Of a DNA stretch of 64,000 nucleotides, positions 60,324 to 64,000 are shown in pieces. Positions within the stretch are counted from its first letter, which is position 1, and each line of letters begins with the position of its first letter. Source of the stretch: Candidatus Marinacidobacterales bacterium (GTDB lineage: Bacteria; Acidobacteriota; Vicinamibacteria; Marinacidobacterales; SMYC01); the NCBI GenBank assembly GCA_965237955.1, contig OZ250169.1, forward strand, positions 4,928,001-4,992,000. Direction: 5' to 3'. The translations under genes were made by a program, and so were the position numbers. Below the pieces are notes generated by a model, which did no database searches, was not told the DNA's origin, and saw only the letters and a list, made by a program, of their open reading frames with translations.

Positions 60324-60437
60324 CGCGCAGCGGGTCGCCGGCTCGGCCACGACCGGGCGGCTCATCACGACGTACTTGAGCTACTTGCACCACTCGCAGC
60401 GCGAGGACGGGCTTTTCCACAACTTCATGGACTACCG

Positions 60438-61883
60438 GGAGATGCCCCTGAGATAGTTGAAGGTTAGGAGTGGCGGCTCCTAAGGCCGGGTTCGATAGAA
60501 TCCGGCTGTGAAGGAAAAAGAAAGGAGCCACCACGATGTCAAATTACCAAATCATCGATGCGAAGAACAGGAAGAAGCTTCGAGAGATACTGAGCTCGAA
60601 GGGGCAAGCTCTGTTGCCGTTCTTGGATGCGATTGAGCGAACCGAGATAGCGATCGACGAAGTGATCGACGTTGCTGGCCGAGCGACGATCGAAGCGGTC
60701 TTGGATCTGTCAGCCCAAAGTGTGGCTGGGGAGAAACACCTGGGGAAGAAGGGTAGCGATGTTCGCTGGCACGGCCGGCAGGGTGGCGTAGTAAGCCTTG
60801 CGGAGCGGAAGTTGAGAGTGAGCCGGCCACGTCTGCGGCGTAAGGGAAAGGCAGAGGGAGGGGAGGTTGCGATTCCTGCCTACGAAGCGGTGAACAACTC
60901 GTCTCGGCTGAGCCAACGCATCTGGGAAATCCTGATGCTGGGTGTGTCGACGCGCAAGTACGCGTCGGTTCTTCCCGAGATGGCGGAGACGGTAGGGGTT
61001 AGCAAGAGCGAGGTGAGCCGTGAGTTCGTGGAAGCAAGCGCGGAGCAGTTGCAGGGGCTGATGGAGCGTCCGCTGGACGAGCTGGAGATCGCGGTCGTGT
61101 ACCTGGACGGGATTCGCTTCGGCGAGCACCACGCGCTGGCGGCAATCGGCGTAGATACAGAGGGATACAAGCATGTTCTGGGGCTTCGGGATGGAGCATC
61201 GGAGAACCAGATAGTGTGCAAGGCGCTGCTGGAGGACCTGGTCGAACGAGGCCTGAGCCCAGAGCGGTGTCGGCTGTTCGTGATCGATGGCTCCAAGGCG
61301 CTACGGGTCGCCGTCGACGCTGTGTTCGGTACCCACAACAAGGTCCAGCGTTGCAGGAAGCACAAGGAGCGCAATGTGCTCGGTTATCTGCCGCAGGAGC
61401 TGAAGCCGCAAGTGCAAGCGAGCCTGCGTTCGGCCTGGCAGCTCCCAGCAAAGAAGGGCAAAGCGCGGTTGGAGCAACAGGCGAAGTGGCTCGAGGACGA
61501 CTACCCCTCGGCGGCGGAGAGCATCCGGGAGGGGCTCGACGAGATGTTCACCATCAACGAGCTCGACCTCCCCGCATCTCTGAAACGCTGCCTTGGATCG
61601 ACGAACATCATCGAGTCGTGCTTCAGCGGTGCGCGAGGTCGTACCCGTTCGCGTCACCCGCTGGCGCAATGGCAAGATGGTTCTGAGATGGGCCGCTTCG
61701 GCTCTGCTCGCCACGGAGAAAAATTTCCGTCGTATCATTGGATACCAATCGCTACCGATCCTCGAAGCGAAGTTAGCGGAGGTCACTGAGAATCAAGCGC
61801 TCGACAAGCACGCCAAAGTCGGGTAAACCATGTGTCAGGAGCCGCCACCACCTCGAACCTTCAACTATGGTGGGGGCACCTCC
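60438..61883 (+). mobile_element. IS256-family insertion sequence (1446 bp)
   Basis: IRs GGAGATGCCCCTGAGATAGTTGAAGGTT / GGAGGTGCCCCCACCATAGTTGAAGGTT; 8-bp DR GACTACCG (60430-60437, 61884-61891). Confidence 0.92.
60536..61826 (+). pseudogene. IS256 transposase with a 1-nt insertion near 61649
   Basis: GVSTRK, YLDG, VIDGSKAL, QRCRKHK, STNIIES; the native tail RVTRWRNGKMVLRWAASAL...NFRRI is in the next frame. Confidence 0.85.
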
Positions 61884-62522
61884 GACTACCGCCGGAACAT
61901 CGACAGCGAGCCGGGTTCGGAAGACTGCGTCGGTCGGGCGCTCTGGGCGCTCGGGACAGCCGTCCGATTCGGACCCGACGAAGGATGCCGCTCGCTCGCG
62001 AAGGAGATGTTCGACCGAGGCGTGGGTCGCGCGCTGGGATTCGGCCCGCGGGGATGCGCGCTCGCGATCCTCGGGCTCGTCGCCTACCTTGAAGCCGAGC
62101 CCGGCGACGGCATCGCGCGCGCGACTCTCGAGTCGCTCGAGCGCGCTCTGATCGAGCGCTTTGAACGGCAGGCCGACGGCAAGTGGCGCTGGTTCGAGCC
62201 GAAGTTGACGTACGAGAACGCCGTGCTGCCGCTGGCGCTCTTCGAAGTCGCAAGGCTCACGACCGACGAGACGGCGCTCGGAGTCGCACGAGAGACTCTC
62301 GCGTTCCTCGAGGAGATCTGTTTCTCCGAGGGGTACCTGACGCTGATCGGCAACAAGGGATGGTACGAGCGGGGAGCGCAGAGGGCGGTTGTCGACGAGC
62401 AACCGGTCGACGCGGCGGCCTTCGTACTCGCGTTTCACGCCGCGTACGCGGCGACCGGCGACCATCAGTACCTGGCGCTCATGCGCGAGTCGTTTGAATG
62501 GTTCCTCGGCGCCAATCGCCTA

Positions 62523-62649
62523 GTCCCCCGGATCTTTGATTACTATACAAAGTTAGGCTTTTCGCCAGCCCATAAGATTCATAAGATTCATGCACTTAGA
62601 AGGGTTTCGGCAAGCTCTGCTTTATCTAGTTTGTTCTGATACAGGGGAC
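62523..62649. mobile_element. ~127-bp MITE inserted at CTAG
   Basis: Ends GTCCCCCGGATC / GTCCCCTGTATC (rc); CTAG at 62520-62523 and 62649-62652; removing it restores GANRL-GLSLYDF. Confidence 0.85.
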
Positions 62650-62690
62650 TAGGGCTGTCGCTGTATGATTTCTCCACCGCCGGCTGCCGG

Positions 62691-64000
62691 GGCAGCGCGA
62701 CGAGCAGTGCCCGCGCGTTGTCGTCGACGCAGTAGCCGTGGCGACGGTCGGGCACGTTGCGGGTCGCGTGCTGGAGGAGCCCGGTGTCGTCGGTCATCCG
62801 GATCAGATGGTCGAGTCGCAGCTCGGGCAGGCTGCGCTTGCGCGCCGGTCGCGGCGCGCGCGCAACTGCATCGCTCAACACGCGCCGCGCGAGTCCGACG
62901 TACGCGAGCCCGACCGGCCGCCAGATCATCTGCCGTCCGAACGCATACGCCGATCGCTGGGCCCGCGCCATCGCCTGCTCGTCGGCCAGGAGCTGCCCGA
63001 GGACGGTTCTCAGCCCCTCGACGTCGCCGAAACCGAACAGCCGCCCGCGACCCCCGGCGAGCAGCTCCTTCGCGTACCAGTACGGCGTCGAGACGACGGC
63101 GGCCCCCGACCCCATCGCGTACGCTAGCGTGCCGCTCGCGATCTGCGCTTCGCCGAGGTATGGAGTGATGCAGACGTCCGCCGCCTGCAGGTACCTGCAT
63201 AGCTCGGCGTCGTCGACGAACTGGTTCCGGAAGACGACGTTGTCGGAGATGTTGAGCGACTCGGTGAGGCGCTTCAGCGAGTGGCGGTACTCCTCGCCGT
63301 TGCGGCGCTTCACCTCCGGGTGCGTCACGCCGACGATGAGGTAGACGAGGTTGGGAAACCTCTCGATGAGACCCGGGAGTGCCCGGATCACGACGTCGAT
63401 CCCCTTCGCGGGGCTCAGCAGGCCGAAGGTGAGCAGCACGCGTCGGCCGGCGACGCCGAACCCGGCCTTGTGCGCGTCGCGCTCGCCCGCCGGTATGTCC
63501 GGAATCCCGTGCGGGATCATCTCCGTTGTCGAACGCGGGATCCCGTAGGATCTCTCGAGCAGCTCAACAGCAAGTTCGCTCATGACGACCAGGCGCTCGC
63601 AGCGCTCGGCCATCCTCAGCACGATCTCCCGCTGCGATTCCGTCGGGTCCTTCAGGACGGTGTGCAGCGTTGCGATCGCTGGCTTGCGCAGCGCGGCGAG
63701 AAAGTCGAGGACGCGCGCGCCGTTGGTCCCTTCGAAGATCCCGTACTCGTGCTGGATCGAGACGAGCCGGATATCGCTGACGTTGACGAACTCGGCTGCG
63801 CGCCGGTAGTCGGCGTCCACCCCCCGGCGGACCTCGAAGCGGACGCGCTCGGGCTGCTCGTAGGTCGAGTCGGCGTCCGTCATCGCGAGGACCGTCGCGC
63901 GCACGCTCTCGTCCGCTGCGATCACGGCGTCGCTCAGGTCGTGCGTGAACGTCGCGATCCCGCACATGCGAGGCGGATAGGTCCCGAGGAAGGCGATCGA
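62691..64000 (-). pseudogene. 5' part of a GT4 glycosyltransferase with a C-terminal glycosidase-like domain; starts beyond the right edge
   Basis: GTYPPRMCGIATF, IQHEYGI, TFGLLSPAKG, SGTLAYA, STPYWYA, TDDTGLLQHA, GYCVDDNARAL. Confidence 0.88.

Larger units (their letters stand above)
60322..62690 (+). pseudogene. Inverted middle segment of the GT4 fusion gene, interrupted by IS256 and a MITE
   Basis: LAQRVAG...YLSYLHHSQREDGLFHNFMDYR [IS256] RNIDSEPGSEDCVGRALWALG...WFLGANRL [MITE] GLSLYDFSTAGCR. Confidence 0.85.

Noticed and set aside
58588-60534. 648-aa ORF as a GH130 with a long N-terminal extension
   Set aside because: The extension runs through the IS256 end and the inverted segment; the true start is ATG 60078, overlapping the upstream stop.
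1-64000. CRISPR array, tRNA or rRNA genes
   Set aside because: No regularly spaced 25-45-bp repeats and no tRNA/rRNA signatures were recognised by eye; a covariance-model scan was not possible.

Overview
GC-rich (roughly 60-65% by eye) bacterial chromosome segment. The gene content suggests a diderm, possibly Acidobacteriota-like organism (inference only). Intact genes: a RibD-like/Zn-dehydrogenase/PTPS-like pterin cluster, htpG, ppk1, ettA, a chlorite dismutase/HemQ-family gene, a TetR-regulated RND efflux operon, a Tat-exported xanthine-oxidase-family molybdoenzyme with a cytochrome b, a MoxR-Bat operon extended by a methyltransferase and a ferredoxin:thioredoxin reductase catalytic chain, a ~920-aa coiled-coil protein, FabB/F and a GH130. 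The window is heavily eroded. Five insertions have recognisable ends and target duplications: a deleted ISL3, an ISAzo13-type, an ISNCY-type, an IS256 and a ~125-bp MITE. There are also ISKra4, IS5 and integron-integrase scraps, about a dozen pseudogenes, and a glycosyltransferase gene broken by an internal ~2.4-kb inversion. The most notable unexplained structure lies upstream of a decayed aspartate kinase/trans-sulfuration operon: a sigma70 promoter, a Met-rich leader ORF, alternative RNA helices and an intrinsic terminator, i.e. a candidate methionine-sensing ribosome-mediated attenuator. No rRNA, tRNA or CRISPR array was recognised.
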